NCBI GenBank assembly: GCA_963745025.1 | Contig: CAVUWD010000016.1 | Coordinates: forward strand, 800,001 to 864,000 | Source of the DNA: an uncultured delta proteobacterium | GTDB taxonomy: Bacteria; Desulfobacterota; Binatia; JACPRU01 | Direction of reading: 5' to 3' | Length of the DNA stretch: 64,000 nt | Part shown: piece by piece, positions 35,361 through 44,949 of the stretch | Numbering within the stretch: position 1 is the first letter of the stretch | How the letters are laid out: each line of letters begins with the position of its first letter | Program-made: the position numbers and the translations under genes | The notes under the pieces: model-generated | Databases searched by the model: none | What the model was told of the DNA's origin: nothing | The model's input: only the letters and a program-made list of their open reading frames with translations

Positions 35361-35419
35361 AGCCTCAATATCTGACGCTGCCCAAACACGAGACGCCCCG
35401 TTTCTACGGGGCGCATAAG
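35361..35419 (+). repeat. 80-bp island repeat, copy 3 (right part only, plus GGCGCATAAG)
   Basis: AGCCTCAATATCTGACGCTGCCCAAACACGAGACGCCCCGTTTCTACGGGGCGCATAAG. Confidence 0.92.
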
Positions 35420-35549
35420 CGGGCCTCCTTGGCGTGCCCCTCGCGTCGAATCACTTCGGCGGCGTAGCGCCTCTAGCCGATTTCCGAAGCACGTACAAGA
35501 ACGCGGATCCTCGCTCTGGGCTCAGCGCGGCCCGGCGAACGCGGGATTC

Positions 35550-36171
35550 GCCAGTGCACCATGTAGATCTGGTTCTCGACCGCGCGCGCCTGGGCACAAT
35601 GCCGGACGCGCCAGAAGCCGTGCTCCGTCAGCGTGAACGATGGGCAGAGGACGACGGCGACGCCCTGCTCCGCGTAGCTCGAGGCACACTCGGGGATCTC
35701 CGCCTCGTAGCAGATGGCGACGCCCACGCGCGCGGAGCCGAGACCGACCGCCTCGAGCCGCTCCCCCTCCCCGCTTCCCCACGCGGACTCCGCCGGGAAG
35801 ATGTGGGTCTTCGCGTGCGTGTGAACCCGCCCGCCCGACTCGAAAAGGTGCGCGACGTTGAGCGTCTGGCCACCCTGGCGCACCAGGTGGGAGCCGGCGA
35901 GGATCGCCTGGCCGCGTGAGTGCGCCTCGGCGGCGAAGAGCGCGCGGTACTCTTCGGTGAAGGTATCGATGCGCGGGAGGTCCGCGAGCGGAGCCTCGCG
36001 CCATCCCGGGAGGGCCGTGAAAAGCTCGATCGTGAAGAGCTCCGGGAAGACCGCGAGGTCCGCGTCACGGGCGCCGTCGAGAAGCGTGCGGACACGGGCG
36101 GCGAAGTCCGCGAAGCCCCGGACGGGCCGGAGCGCGAGCTGACAGGCGGCGACCGAGAGCGGGCGAGCCAT
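35550..36171 (-). pseudogene. carbon-nitrogen hydrolase (nitrilase superfamily), 3'-truncated
   Basis: VFPELF (Glu), HAKTHIFP (Lys), ICYEAEIPE (Cys), ARAVENQIY, after which similarity is lost. Confidence 0.8.
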
Positions 36172-36399
36172 CGGCAAACCTCGGTGGATCTAAAGCACGG
36201 CCCGCCCCGCGGCGACAAGCGGGGACGTTCATAACCTTCGTGACCATCGTTGACCCGAGGCTCGCGCCCGAGATCGAACCGCGATCACGTTTTCGCAAGA
36301 CCTCCCGGTGCACGACCCCGATGGCAGGGTCTGGGTACAGCGGCGATGGCGCGGGGCGCGTCAGTCCGCGAAGGCGGCGCGCGCGGGCCGCTCTGGGCT

Positions 36400-37920
36400 T
36401 CACTCGATCAGGACGGGGCTCGTTCCCAGCTGCAGGGTCACCTCTTGATTCAGGACCGCTTTCGTCTCTGGGCGAAACGCGCTTGCGTACTCCGTGATCT
36501 GAGCCCCGGACTCGTAAGGTGGGATCAGCTCCGTCACGGTCACCTGCGGAGCGTCACCCACGTTGATCGTCACACTTCGACTCTCACCCACGTCGTCGAA
36601 ATAGTCCCACCACGCGACATGAACGGCCGCACCTGACCCGGTCTTCGTGAACTTGTATATGTATACCTGATCCGCCCCCTCGCTCACCTTCTGGATACTC
36701 TCCCAGTCCGAGTCGCCCAGCCTCTCGACGAGCTTCTTTAAGGTATAGTACGAGAGTTTCTTGATCCCGTCGCCAGGGTCAGGGCAGGGAAGCTCCACGG
36801 CGGGGTCACACGCGTCCGCGGTCGGGATTCCGTTGTACATCAACCCGTTATGGCTGAACGTCCCGTGGATCTCCGTATCCTCCCGAATGGTGCCCCACAT
36901 GATGCGCTGGACGTCATTGGCCACATGATACACCGCACGCTTGATCAGGTACTCCGCCTGCTGCGCTTCGGTTTGGAGTTCGTCGAGCCCCTTCAGCCCA
37001 CCCGCCAACTTGTCCGTCCCCGAATGCGTCGCGCCTGCCTTGATAATGATTGGTTTGCCCGAGAAGCCGTTGTTCGCCAGCAGCTGCCGGTAGAACTCCA
37101 CGGTCTTGCCTCTCACGTTCTCGCGGTACAACTGGTACGTGTTGAAGTTGTGGTAGTCGAAGAAATCAAACCGACCATCCGCCCGATGCTGCTTCAAGAA
37201 GAACAACGCCTGGTTGTAGTAGGCCTCGTACACCGCGTCGGGACAGATCGATCCCGGACCGCCGAACACGATCTTGGCGTCCGGGTCGAGCCCTTTGATG
37301 ACGTCGTGCGACACCTCCAGAAGCCGCGCGTACTCGCGCCCGGCCTGCTTCGCGCACGCCTTATCAATGACGTCGCCACACCAGGCCAGCAGCTGCAGAT
37401 CGGAATGCTCGTTGTCTATGCTCCAGTATCGGACCTTCCAGTCCGGGCGCCTCGAATTGACGTAGGTGACCAGGGCCTTCAGGTAGTCCTCGTACGCTAG
37501 GTACGAAGAGGGGCCATCGGGCACGTACTTACCCGCTGCCGAACCGCTCTGGACGAGCCTACCATCGGTGAACTTGTAACGAGACTCCACGTTGATGACG
37601 AACCAGGCGTTCTGCGCCTCATCCGTGTATGCGCGGAGCTTGTCCTCGATCGGCCTGAAGTCGTACGAGACCTTCTTGCCGCTCTTGTTCTCGATGACGC
37701 GCCGCGACAGGTGATCCGAGATCCACGTCGCGCCCAGATCGCTGAGCCAAGCGCTCGTGCTCGCGCCGCTGCTGTCGAACGCGTCGTTGATGCCCCAGGG
37801 AACGTCGAGGGGCGGTGAGGGTTGGGACGCGGATGATCTCGGAAGCCAGAGGAGGGCAATCACAAGGCTGAGTACCATCCGTCGCGCGAGCGGGGACACG
37901 CCGATTGCACGGTGAGTCAT
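36400..37920 (-). CDS. secreted glycoside-hydrolase-like (clan GH-A TIM barrel) protein
   Basis: Signal peptide, YWSIDNE, IKGLDPDAKIVFGG, FDFFDYHNF, KLSYYTLK. Confidence 0.6.
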   Translation of the reverse strand: MTHRAIGVSPLARRMVLSLVIALLWLPRSSASQPSPPLDVPWGINDAFDSSGASTSAWLSDLGATWISDHLSRRVIENKSGKKVSYDFRPIEDKLRAYTDEAQNAWFVINVESRYKFTDGRLVQSGSAAGKYVPDGPSSYLAYEDYLKALVTYVNSRRPDWKVRYWSIDNEHSDLQLLAWCGDVIDKACAKQAGREYARLLEVSHDVIKGLDPDAKIVFGGPGSICPDAVYEAYYNQALFFLKQHRADGRFDFFDYHNFNTYQLYRENVRGKTVEFYRQLLANNGFSGKPIIIKAGATHSGTDKLAGGLKGLDELQTEAQQAEYLIKRAVYHVANDVQRIMWGTIREDTEIHGTFSHNGLMYNGIPTADACDPAVELPCPDPGDGIKKLSYYTLKKLVERLGDSDWESIQKVSEGADQVYIYKFTKTGSGAAVHVAWWDYFDDVGESRSVTINVGDAPQVTVTELIPPYESGAQITEYASAFRPETKAVLNQEVTLQLGTSPVLIE

Positions 37921-38219
37921 GGACACACCTCCCCTGCCGGAGCCAGGTGATCATCGCGCCGCCCATGGCGGGCTCCACGAAGCCTGAACCCGCGGCCTGC
38001 GGATTGAGTCATGCTCGTGCTAATCACACTGCACTGCGAAGAGGAAGAGAAAAACGCCGGCGCCTCCGAACCTCGATCACGTTCGAGGCGAAAATGCCCC
38101 GACCAAGGTTAGGACCGTCCCCCTCTCCCCCGGCGCTGGCGCGTGCTTGGCGCGGCTGGCTGGACAGTGGTCGAGTCCCGGATGGAGCTCGCGCGAACTC
38201 GAGCCTCGTCTCGTCCGAG

Positions 38220-38314
38220 GAGTAGCTGGGATAAGCGGCCGACTGACGTAAGGCCTCGACTATCTGGGCACGCTGCCCAAACACGAGACGCCCCGTTTCT
38301 ACGGGGCGCATAAG
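38220..38314 (+). repeat. 80-bp island repeat, copy 4 (small indels, plus GGCGCATAAG)
   Basis: TAGCTGGGATAAGCGGCCGACTGACGTAA..CGCTGCCCAAACACGAGACGCCCCGTTTCTACGGGGCGCATAAG. Confidence 0.92.
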
Positions 38315-38382
38315 GCACCTGTCCACCAAAATCTTGGCGCCGGGCGGGCGAATCGCCCCCCGCCCGCGTCGGGCCGCCCGGC

Positions 38383-38679
38383 TCAGCGGGCGGCCCCCCC
38401 GGGTGCGGACGCTGCCTGCGAGCCAGAGTGCAGAGAATATCCCGCCCCTCGCCTGAGACTCCGTGCCGCTCGGCCGTATCTCGAATCGACTGCCGCGAAG
38501 TCGAAGAATCCCGTCGCCTCGCGGCGGCGGCCGCACGGGCGCAGGGCGCGGACCGTTGCGGCCGCGATACCGAGGTGAGAGAGGATCTTCCTGATCACCG
38601 CCGGATCCTCGATGGTGGCGAGTAGACGCAGCCGCCCGCCGCACTCGGGGCAGGCAAGAACGTCGATCTCGAAGGTCCG
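38383..38679 (-). mobile_element. IS91-family (rolling-circle) transposase C-terminal remnant
   Basis: RTFEIDVLACPECGGRLRLLATIEDPAVIRKILSHLG. Confidence 0.75.
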
Positions 38680-39153
38680 CTAGCAGGCGCGGCGGGCATG
38701 GTCTTCGTGCGCGATCGGTGCGCCGAAGATCGCCATGATGCCGTCGCCGGTAAACTTGTCGACCGTGCCTTCGAAACGATGCACACCATCGGAGAGAATC
38801 TGGAAGAAGCGGTCCATGATCCGATACCAGTCCTCCGGGTCCACCTTCTCGCCGAGATCCATCGAGCCCTTCACGTCAGCGAAGAGCACGGTCACCTGCT
38901 TGCGCTCGCCTTCGAGGGCGGCGCGGGAGGTGAGGATCTTTTCGGCGAGGTGACGAGGAGTATAGCTTCGGGGCTCAGGCGCAGAAGGTCGCGACCGGGT
39001 TTCCGCTGCCGGCTTTCCGCACCGATTGCAGAACTTTACGCTAGGTGGGAGCTCAGCTCCGCACTGCCCACAGACGAGGGATAAGCGCGCTCCGCACTCG
39101 AAGCAGAATCTCGAATCGGCAGGATTCTCGAACGCGCAACTCGGGCACCGCAT
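38680..39153 (-). pseudogene. zinc-ribbon/cyclase N-terminal fragment
   Basis: MRCPSCAFEN..GERKQVTVLFADVKGS..HEDHARRAC*; paralogue of 24369-25640. Confidence 0.85.
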
Positions 39154-39397
39154 CGATCAGTCTTCTCAGGACATCTGGGCGAAGGGACCGTAACCCCGGG
39201 GGCCGGCGACGCGCAAGCGACCACGACGGGGAAACCGGATAACCAGCAGACGCAGACGACGAAGGTCTCCGCGACGATCCGGCTCGGAGTGCAGAGTTAG
39301 ACCGTAAGGGGCACCTCGTCGCGGCCGGCAGCGGCTAGTCAACAGTGCGCATCGTCCAGAGCCGCCCGGGTGGCCGTGAATCCATCGCCTGCTTCCG

Positions 39398-39682
39398 TTA
39401 CGAAGCGGCGGTGGAAGAAGCGACGACCGGCCAGCCGTTCTCGAGGCACGCGACCGTGGCAGTCATCCCTGCTAAGCCGGCACCGACGACTGCGATATGT
39501 TGTCCTTCGCTCAGCCTGCCGGTTCGCAAGAGCGCCCAGACGAGGTTCAAGGCGCGTAGCTGCTGCGAGGCGAAGGTCACCTGGCGCGCGAAGTTGCCAA
39601 GGGCGAAGACGTTGCGCAGCGCTGGCACTTCCATCGAACGAATCAGCTTCTGCGATACTGCGCTCGGAGCGGAAGTAGCCAT
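39398..39682 (-). pseudogene. FAD-dependent oxidoreductase N-terminal fragment
   Basis: VTFASQQLRALNL..HIAVVGAGLAGMTA Rossmann motif. Confidence 0.55.
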
Positions 39683-40059
39683 CAGTTTCGGCTGCCGAAC
39701 GTCGCGACGTCCCGTCTCCGGCAATGGCCGATGCCCGGCGAGAAGGCGAGGGCGCGCGTCGTGTACGAGCTACCTACGACCTGGCTCGAGTGTCCGATAC
39801 CGAACGCCCTACCAGGCGGGAAACTCTCCGTCCGACGGGTGGCCGTGAAGGGCTCGAAAGCTACATAACGATCGATCTCGGACGCTACGGATTCCTCCTT
39901 ACCGCCCGCTTTTACGGTGATCGTGCGCTGGCGCAGCCTCACGGAGAACTACCGCATGCGACCGCGCCCGGAGGAGATCCTGGCGCAGATTCGCGACTGA
40001 GGTGAGGCTGAGCTTTCCTCACGCGCACGAGGTCGATGATCCCGGCGGATTGCGTGCGC

Positions 40060-42366
40060 TCAGATGTCGATCGGAGGAGGCGCGAAAGCCCGCACGAGCG
40101 GCAGTGCGCCGTCGAAGCGCTCGAGTTGCACCAGCGCGTGCTGACCGGAGCAGCCCTGCGACAGGCGGGAGGCGCCGCGGTCACGTGTCAGAACGTTTGG
40201 GTTGCCGTGCACGCACATGGCGATCTCGGCGCTGCTGTCGTCGGGATCGAACCAGGCGCCGGTCGAGAGCTGTACCACGCCGGGACGCACGTCGGTCGAG
40301 ACCACCGCTCCCGCCAGGCAGCTGCCGCGGTCGTTGAAGAGCCGCACGACGTCACCATCGACGATGTGGCGCGCCTCGGCATCGGTCGGATGCAGGCGCA
40401 CCGGTTCCCGCCCGCGCACCTTGGCCGCCTGGCTGTAGGGCCCGAGGTCGAGCTGGCCGTGCAGGCGCGTTGCCGGGTTATTGGCCACCAGGGCCAGCGG
40501 GAAGCGCGCCGCTCGCGGCGAGCCGAGCCATTCATCGCTCTCCATCCAGGTCGGATGTCCGGGGCAGTCGTCGTAGGCGAAGCTGGCGACGCGTTCGGAG
40601 AAGAGCTCGATCTTGCCACTGGGCGTGCGCAGCGGATGGGCCTCGGGATCGGCGCGAAAGGTGTCGAAGAGCACGCGCTCGGCTTCGAGATCGGGCATCT
40701 CGAGCGACCCGGCGGCCCAGAAGTCCTCGAAGGAGGGCGCCTCGATGCCGGCTTTGCGGAGCGCGCCTTGGAGCTCGGTGTAGAGGTGTTGCAACCAGGC
40801 CCGCTCGTCGCGGCCCTCGGTGAAGGCGTCCGCCACGCCGAGTCGCTCGGCCAATCCCTCGAGGATGTCGTGATCGCTCAACGCTCCGCCGACGCGAGGG
40901 ACGGACTGATGCATGGCGATGATGCGGGCATCGGCGCGACCCGAGCCGATGTCGTTGCGCTCGAAGGTAGTGGTGGCGGGGAAGACCAGATCGGCATGGC
41001 GGGCCATCGGCGTCCAGTACGGCTCGTGCACGATGATGGTCTCGGGCCGCGCCAGAGCGCGGCGCAGGCGGTTGAGATCCTGGTGGTGATGAAACGGGTT
41101 GCCGCCGGCCCAGTACACCAACCGGATGTCGGGATAGGTGTGGGGCGCGCCGTCGTAGTCGAAGGACTCGCCCGGCTGGAGCAGGAGGTCGGCGATGCGC
41201 GCCACGGGGATGAACGAGCGCACCGGGTTCTTCCCTGCGGGAACCGACGGCAGCGCCACCGACGGACTCGCGCTGCCGAGGTCGCCCATCGAGCCGTAGC
41301 CGTGCCCGAAGCCGCCGCCGGGCAGACCGATCTGACCCAGGAGCGCCGCCAGAGCGATGGCGGCCCACACCGGCTGCTCGCCGTGCTCGGCCCGTTGGAG
41401 CGAGTACGACACCGTGATCAGGGTGCGAGACGCCGCCATCCGCCGCGCCAGGGCTCGCAGGTCGTCGGCCGCGATCCCCGAGCGTGCCTCGGCCCATTCG
41501 GGGCTCTTCGCCACGCCGTCGGGCTCGCCGAGGACGTAGGCGATGAAGTGATTCGCGCCGTGGCAGTAGCGCTCGAGGAACTGCGCATCGTGCAGACCTT
41601 CGGTGATGAGCACGTGCGCGAGCCCCAGCATCACCGCGACATCGCTCAGAGGAACGAGTGGGTACCATCGCGCCTCGGCCTCGGCGACGACGTCGTCGCG
41701 CAGTGGGCTGAAGACCGCGATCTCCATCCCGCGGCGGCGCCCGTCGGCGAGATGGTGGCGGATGCCGTGCCGCGCCATGCCGCCGGGCGCGACGAAGGTA
41801 TTCTTGATCGGGATGCCGCCGAAGGCGACGAGGAGCTCGGTGTGTCGGGCCACCATCGTCCACGACGTGGCCTGGCGGAACACCACCCCGGCACTGCCGA
41901 CCACGTGCGGCAGCAACACGATCGAGGCACCGATGCTGTAGCTGTTGCGCGACGAGGTGAAGCCACCGATGAGATTGAGGAAGCGGTGCAGTTGGCGCTG
42001 GCTGTGGTGGAAAAGCCCGGCGCTGGCCCAGCCGTAGGAGCCGGCGAAGATCGCCTCGTTGCCGTGGGCGGAGATGACGCGCTCGAGCTCGCCTGCGGCG
42101 CGATCCCAGGCCTCGTCCCAGGAGAGCGTGACGAAGGAGTCGTTGCCTCGGTCGCGCGAGGAACCAGGGCCGCGTTCGAGCCAGCCGCGTCGCGCCACCG
42201 GCTGCTCGATGCGGGCGGCGTGCCGCACGCTGCCGGGCAGGTTGCGCAGCAGCGGGGATGGGTCGGGATCGTGCAGCGGATGCACGGCGGCGACCTCGCC
42301 GTCGTCGACGACGACGGTGAAACCTCCCCAGTGCGAGCTGTGCGTCAGTGTCTGTGACAAGGGCAA
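40060..42366 (-). CDS. molybdopterin oxidoreductase, DMSO reductase/BisC-TorA type, no Tat signal seen
   Basis: HSSHWG, GSYGWASAG, YWAGGNPFHHHQD, ADLVFPATTTFER, LRTPSGKIELFS, GNPNVLT. Confidence 0.9.
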   Translation of the reverse strand: MPLSQTLTHSSHWGGFTVVVDDGEVAAVHPLHDPDPSPLLRNLPGSVRHAARIEQPVARRGWLERGPGSSRDRGNDSFVTLSWDEAWDRAAGELERVISAHGNEAIFAGSYGWASAGLFHHSQRQLHRFLNLIGGFTSSRNSYSIGASIVLLPHVVGSAGVVFRQATSWTMVARHTELLVAFGGIPIKNTFVAPGGMARHGIRHHLADGRRRGMEIAVFSPLRDDVVAEAEARWYPLVPLSDVAVMLGLAHVLITEGLHDAQFLERYCHGANHFIAYVLGEPDGVAKSPEWAEARSGIAADDLRALARRMAASRTLITVSYSLQRAEHGEQPVWAAIALAALLGQIGLPGGGFGHGYGSMGDLGSASPSVALPSVPAGKNPVRSFIPVARIADLLLQPGESFDYDGAPHTYPDIRLVYWAGGNPFHHHQDLNRLRRALARPETIIVHEPYWTPMARHADLVFPATTTFERNDIGSGRADARIIAMHQSVPRVGGALSDHDILEGLAERLGVADAFTEGRDERAWLQHLYTELQGALRKAGIEAPSFEDFWAAGSLEMPDLEAERVLFDTFRADPEAHPLRTPSGKIELFSERVASFAYDDCPGHPTWMESDEWLGSPRAARFPLALVANNPATRLHGQLDLGPYSQAAKVRGREPVRLHPTDAEARHIVDGDVVRLFNDRGSCLAGAVVSTDVRPGVVQLSTGAWFDPDDSSAEIAMCVHGNPNVLTRDRGASRLSQGCSGQHALVQLERFDGALPLVRAFAPPPIDI

Positions 42367-42569
42367 GGTCCTCTCGCCGACTTCATACGGCAGAACCCGA
42401 TGACAGTCACGCTTGGACAGGAGCGAAATCAGCTATGCGGGGCTCGCTCGCTTGCGACTCACGACTCTTCGATCTCGATCGCTTCTTCGGGGCAGTTGGC
42501 CCGTGCCAGACGGGCCTTGGACTCGAGCCCCGCCGGCACGGTTTCGTCTGGAATGAGGCAGTGGCTGGG

Positions 42570-42649
42570 GATAGCTGGGATAAGCGGCCGACTGACGTAA
42601 AGCCTCAATATCCGACGCTGCCCAAACACGAGACGCCCCGTTTCTACGG
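42570..42649 (+). repeat. 80-bp island repeat, copy 5
   Basis: Identical to copy 2. Confidence 0.97.
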
Positions 42650-42699
42650 GCCCATTTCGGGCCCACGAAAAGCCAAGGGGCCGCATCCTGAGGATGCAA

Positions 42700-42743
42700 C
42701 CCCCCGGGGCCGGACTCGAACCAGCGACCATCCGGTTAACAGC
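42700..42743 (-). other. 3' half of tRNA-Asn(GTT), att-site remnant
   Basis: GCTGTTAACCGGATGGTCGCTGGTTCGAGTCCGGCCCCGGGGG gives anticodon loop and T-arm; no 5' half. Confidence 0.75.
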
Positions 42744-42900
42744 GGCTTCCCGGTCGAGACTCGCCCCAACTAGCTCCGACTCACTTCAAGAAACATGGTC
42801 GCTTTCCGTTGCTTTCACGCGAGAGCTAGGGCCGCGTTTTGGAGTGAGTCGGGAAGAGTTCACGGACAGAAGACGGACACGTCCCCTCTCCTCACTCGTG

Positions 42901-43404
42901 TCAGGTGCTAGGTCGAGCGGGCTGCTTCTCCAGCACGACCACCGGAATCTCGCGCCTAGTCTTCTTCTGGTAGTCCCGATAGGGAGGAGCCATCTGCGCC
43001 ATCTGGTCCCAGAGTTGCTCACGCTCTTTGCCCGTCGCCACACGGGCGCGGACGGTGAAGTGCTCCCTCGCGACTTGTACCTCGGCCGTTGGGTTGGCAA
43101 GCAGGTTCAGATACCAACTCGATTGCGTATCGGCCCCGCCCTTGGACCCGATGATGACGTAGGCATCACCCGCCGTGCCATAAAACAGCGGCGACGTGCG
43201 CTTCTCGCCGGAGCGCCGCCCGATCGTCGTGAGCAACAGGCAGGGCACGAGGCCGGGGACGCCGGCGATCGTCGCATCAAACATATGCCCTTCGGCTCCT
43301 CCACTTTCGCGATAAACCCGCAGGTGCTCAGCAACCCAGTCCGGCGGTCCCTTGCCTGCCTTTAGGTCGCGATTCCCTTGATCGACGTCGAATTTACTCA
43401 TCAT
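42901..43404 (-). CDS. deazaflavin (F420)-dependent nitroreductase family protein
   Basis: LLLTTIGRRSGEKRTSPL, GSKGG, WYLNLLANP, YQKKTRREIPVVVL. Confidence 0.88.
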   Translation of the reverse strand: MMSKFDVDQGNRDLKAGKGPPDWVAEHLRVYRESGGAEGHMFDATIAGVPGLVPCLLLTTIGRRSGEKRTSPLFYGTAGDAYVIIGSKGGADTQSSWYLNLLANPTAEVQVAREHFTVRARVATGKEREQLWDQMAQMAPPYRDYQKKTRREIPVVVLEKQPARPST

Positions 43405-43787
43405 CACTTCTTCCTCAATATCGCTCTGTGGTCTCGCTACTCGAGCGAGGTGTTACACCCTGGGTTTCGGTGGGCGCAACCGTTGTTTCTTAGCGGCCGA
43501 ATCCGACTTCTTCCTTCCCCGGTTTGCAACCGGAAGTGCCAGGTACCTAGGTCAGGCTTGGTGAGGCTTGGTGGGGTTCGGCTGGCCATCGTGGGCGATC
43601 GACCTTTTCCGCCGAGCCGCGGAAGCGCGCCGGCTGCCCAGCCTCGCCGGAGCCCTATAGCGCGCGCTTTGCTTGCCCCGTTTCGCGAGCAGAGATCTAC
43701 AACTGAGCGCAATCGGCGGGACGCAGGACCCGTGGAATCCACCACGATTCGTTGTAGTTCGTTGCAAGTCGCTGGCGATGGACGGCT

Positions 43788-43812
43788 CTTAAAATCCCCT
43801 CGGGGGGTAACT
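43788..43812 (+). other. tRNA-Leu(TAA) fragment, att-site remnant cut by repeat copy 6
   Basis: CTTAAAA-TCCCC-TCGGGGGGTAACT resembles an anticodon loop, 3' stem and variable arm. Confidence 0.5.
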
Positions 43813-43911
43813 CCGTAGACAGGGGCGTCTCTAAAAACCGGAGTCTCGAAGGACGGGGGTAGCGTCTGATATCGCCGCGTTACGTCAACCAGGCCGCTTA
43901 TCCCGGCTATC
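43813..43911 (-). repeat. island repeat, copy 6 (divergent, 99 bp)
   Basis: CCGTAGACAGGGGCGTCTC..GCGTCTGATATCGCCGCGTTACGTCAACCAGGCCGCTTATCCCGGCTATC. Confidence 0.8.
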
Positions 43912-44340
43912 CTCAACTGCCCTATCGTTGTCTGTCCAGAGTCGATCTTCGCGAGCTCCAAAGCATCCGCCTCGCTCGAGTGGATGTAGCGACCGTAGTG
44001 CTTCTTGAGCGTGCTCTCGGCGACGCCCGTTTGCTCTGAAACCCATGTCAGGTTCACACCCCTCGTCAGCGCCACGCTCACGTACGTGTCCTTCGTCGCG
44101 TAGAGGTCGCGAAGACGAAGCCCGAGCAAGCGCTGCGCGTCACAGAAGAACCGGTAAAAGTTGGCCTGGTTGATCGGCCCGCCGAGAGTATTTTTGAAGA
44201 GATACTCGTCGGCACTCGGGTGCAGCTGGACGAGCGGCTTCAGGATCTCGACATTGCGGGGGATCAGCCTTACCGTCCTCGCCGCCGATGGCGTCTTTGG
44301 CGCGTTCTCTTCGCCGAGCGAGCGCGATGTTTCGACCCTT
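43912..44340 (-). pseudogene. tyrosine integrase C-terminal remnant
   Basis: APKTPSAARTVRL, YLFKN, LRDLYATKDTYVS, VSEQTGVAESTLKKHYGRYI. Confidence 0.8.
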
Positions 44341-44382
44341 AAGGAGCGGGCAACGGGTCCCGCCCGTTGTGAGAACCGGACC

Positions 44383-44859
44383 CTACGGGCTCGTGGGATC
44401 TCCGCGTGCTACCGCATCTTCGCCTGCTACCGCTGCCGCGCCGTCAGCGACGAAGGGCGACGTGAAGATTCCGGCAAAGTAGTTGTCGACCTCGGTCCCG
44501 CTGGAGAGGGCGTAATACACCGGATCCGCACGAACGCGTGTGAACTTCTTCCTGGCAAAACCGGTCTCGTCGGTCGTGATCGTACCGAGGTTGCTGGAGG
44601 GGCCCGCTTGACGGCAGCTCCCCGTCGAGATGACCTCGAAGACCTGCCACGTGCTGCTCGGCCTTCCGTGCGTGATCTTCACAATCACCTTTGTCGTACC
44701 CTTCTGGATCACCTTGCCCACCCTTGCGCCGGTGCAGGTGAGAGACCCCGTGTCGTCCACCAAAGGCTTTATCTCCCTCGCATCCGACGCCGGCACCCAG
44801 CTGAGAAGAGCCAGGCCGACAGCCGTGACTACCACGGCACTGGACCATTTGTTGCGCAT
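44383..44859 (-). CDS. hypothetical exported protein
   Basis: Signal peptide MRNKWSSAVVVTAVGLALLSWVPASDA; RBS upstream. Confidence 0.5.
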   Translation of the reverse strand: MRNKWSSAVVVTAVGLALLSWVPASDAREIKPLVDDTGSLTCTGARVGKVIQKGTTKVIVKITHGRPSSTWQVFEVISTGSCRQAGPSSNLGTITTDETGFARKKFTRVRADPVYYALSSGTEVDNYFAGIFTSPFVADGAAAVAGEDAVARGDPTSP

Positions 44860-44949
44860 CGAATTCCCCTCCTCTTCAGAGAGTAGTTCCGGGAACCGGG
44901 TGACGTAGTCTATCATCATGTATCGAGCATACGTAGACGGCAAGTTTTT

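Noticed and set aside
35021-35416. Recurring peptide MRPVETGRLVFGQR as a small protein family
   Set aside because: It is the translation of the non-coding 80-bp repeat; frames and stops are not conserved between copies.
40036-42357. Long antisense ORFs (e.g. 773 aa opposite the molybdopterin enzyme, 586 aa at 61744, 492 aa at 28173)
   Set aside because: These are shadow ORFs of high-GC coding strands with no recognisable motifs.
42700-43812. Additional functional tRNA genes (Asn, Leu-TAA)
   Set aside because: Only partial cloverleaves are present; they are interpreted as att remnants.
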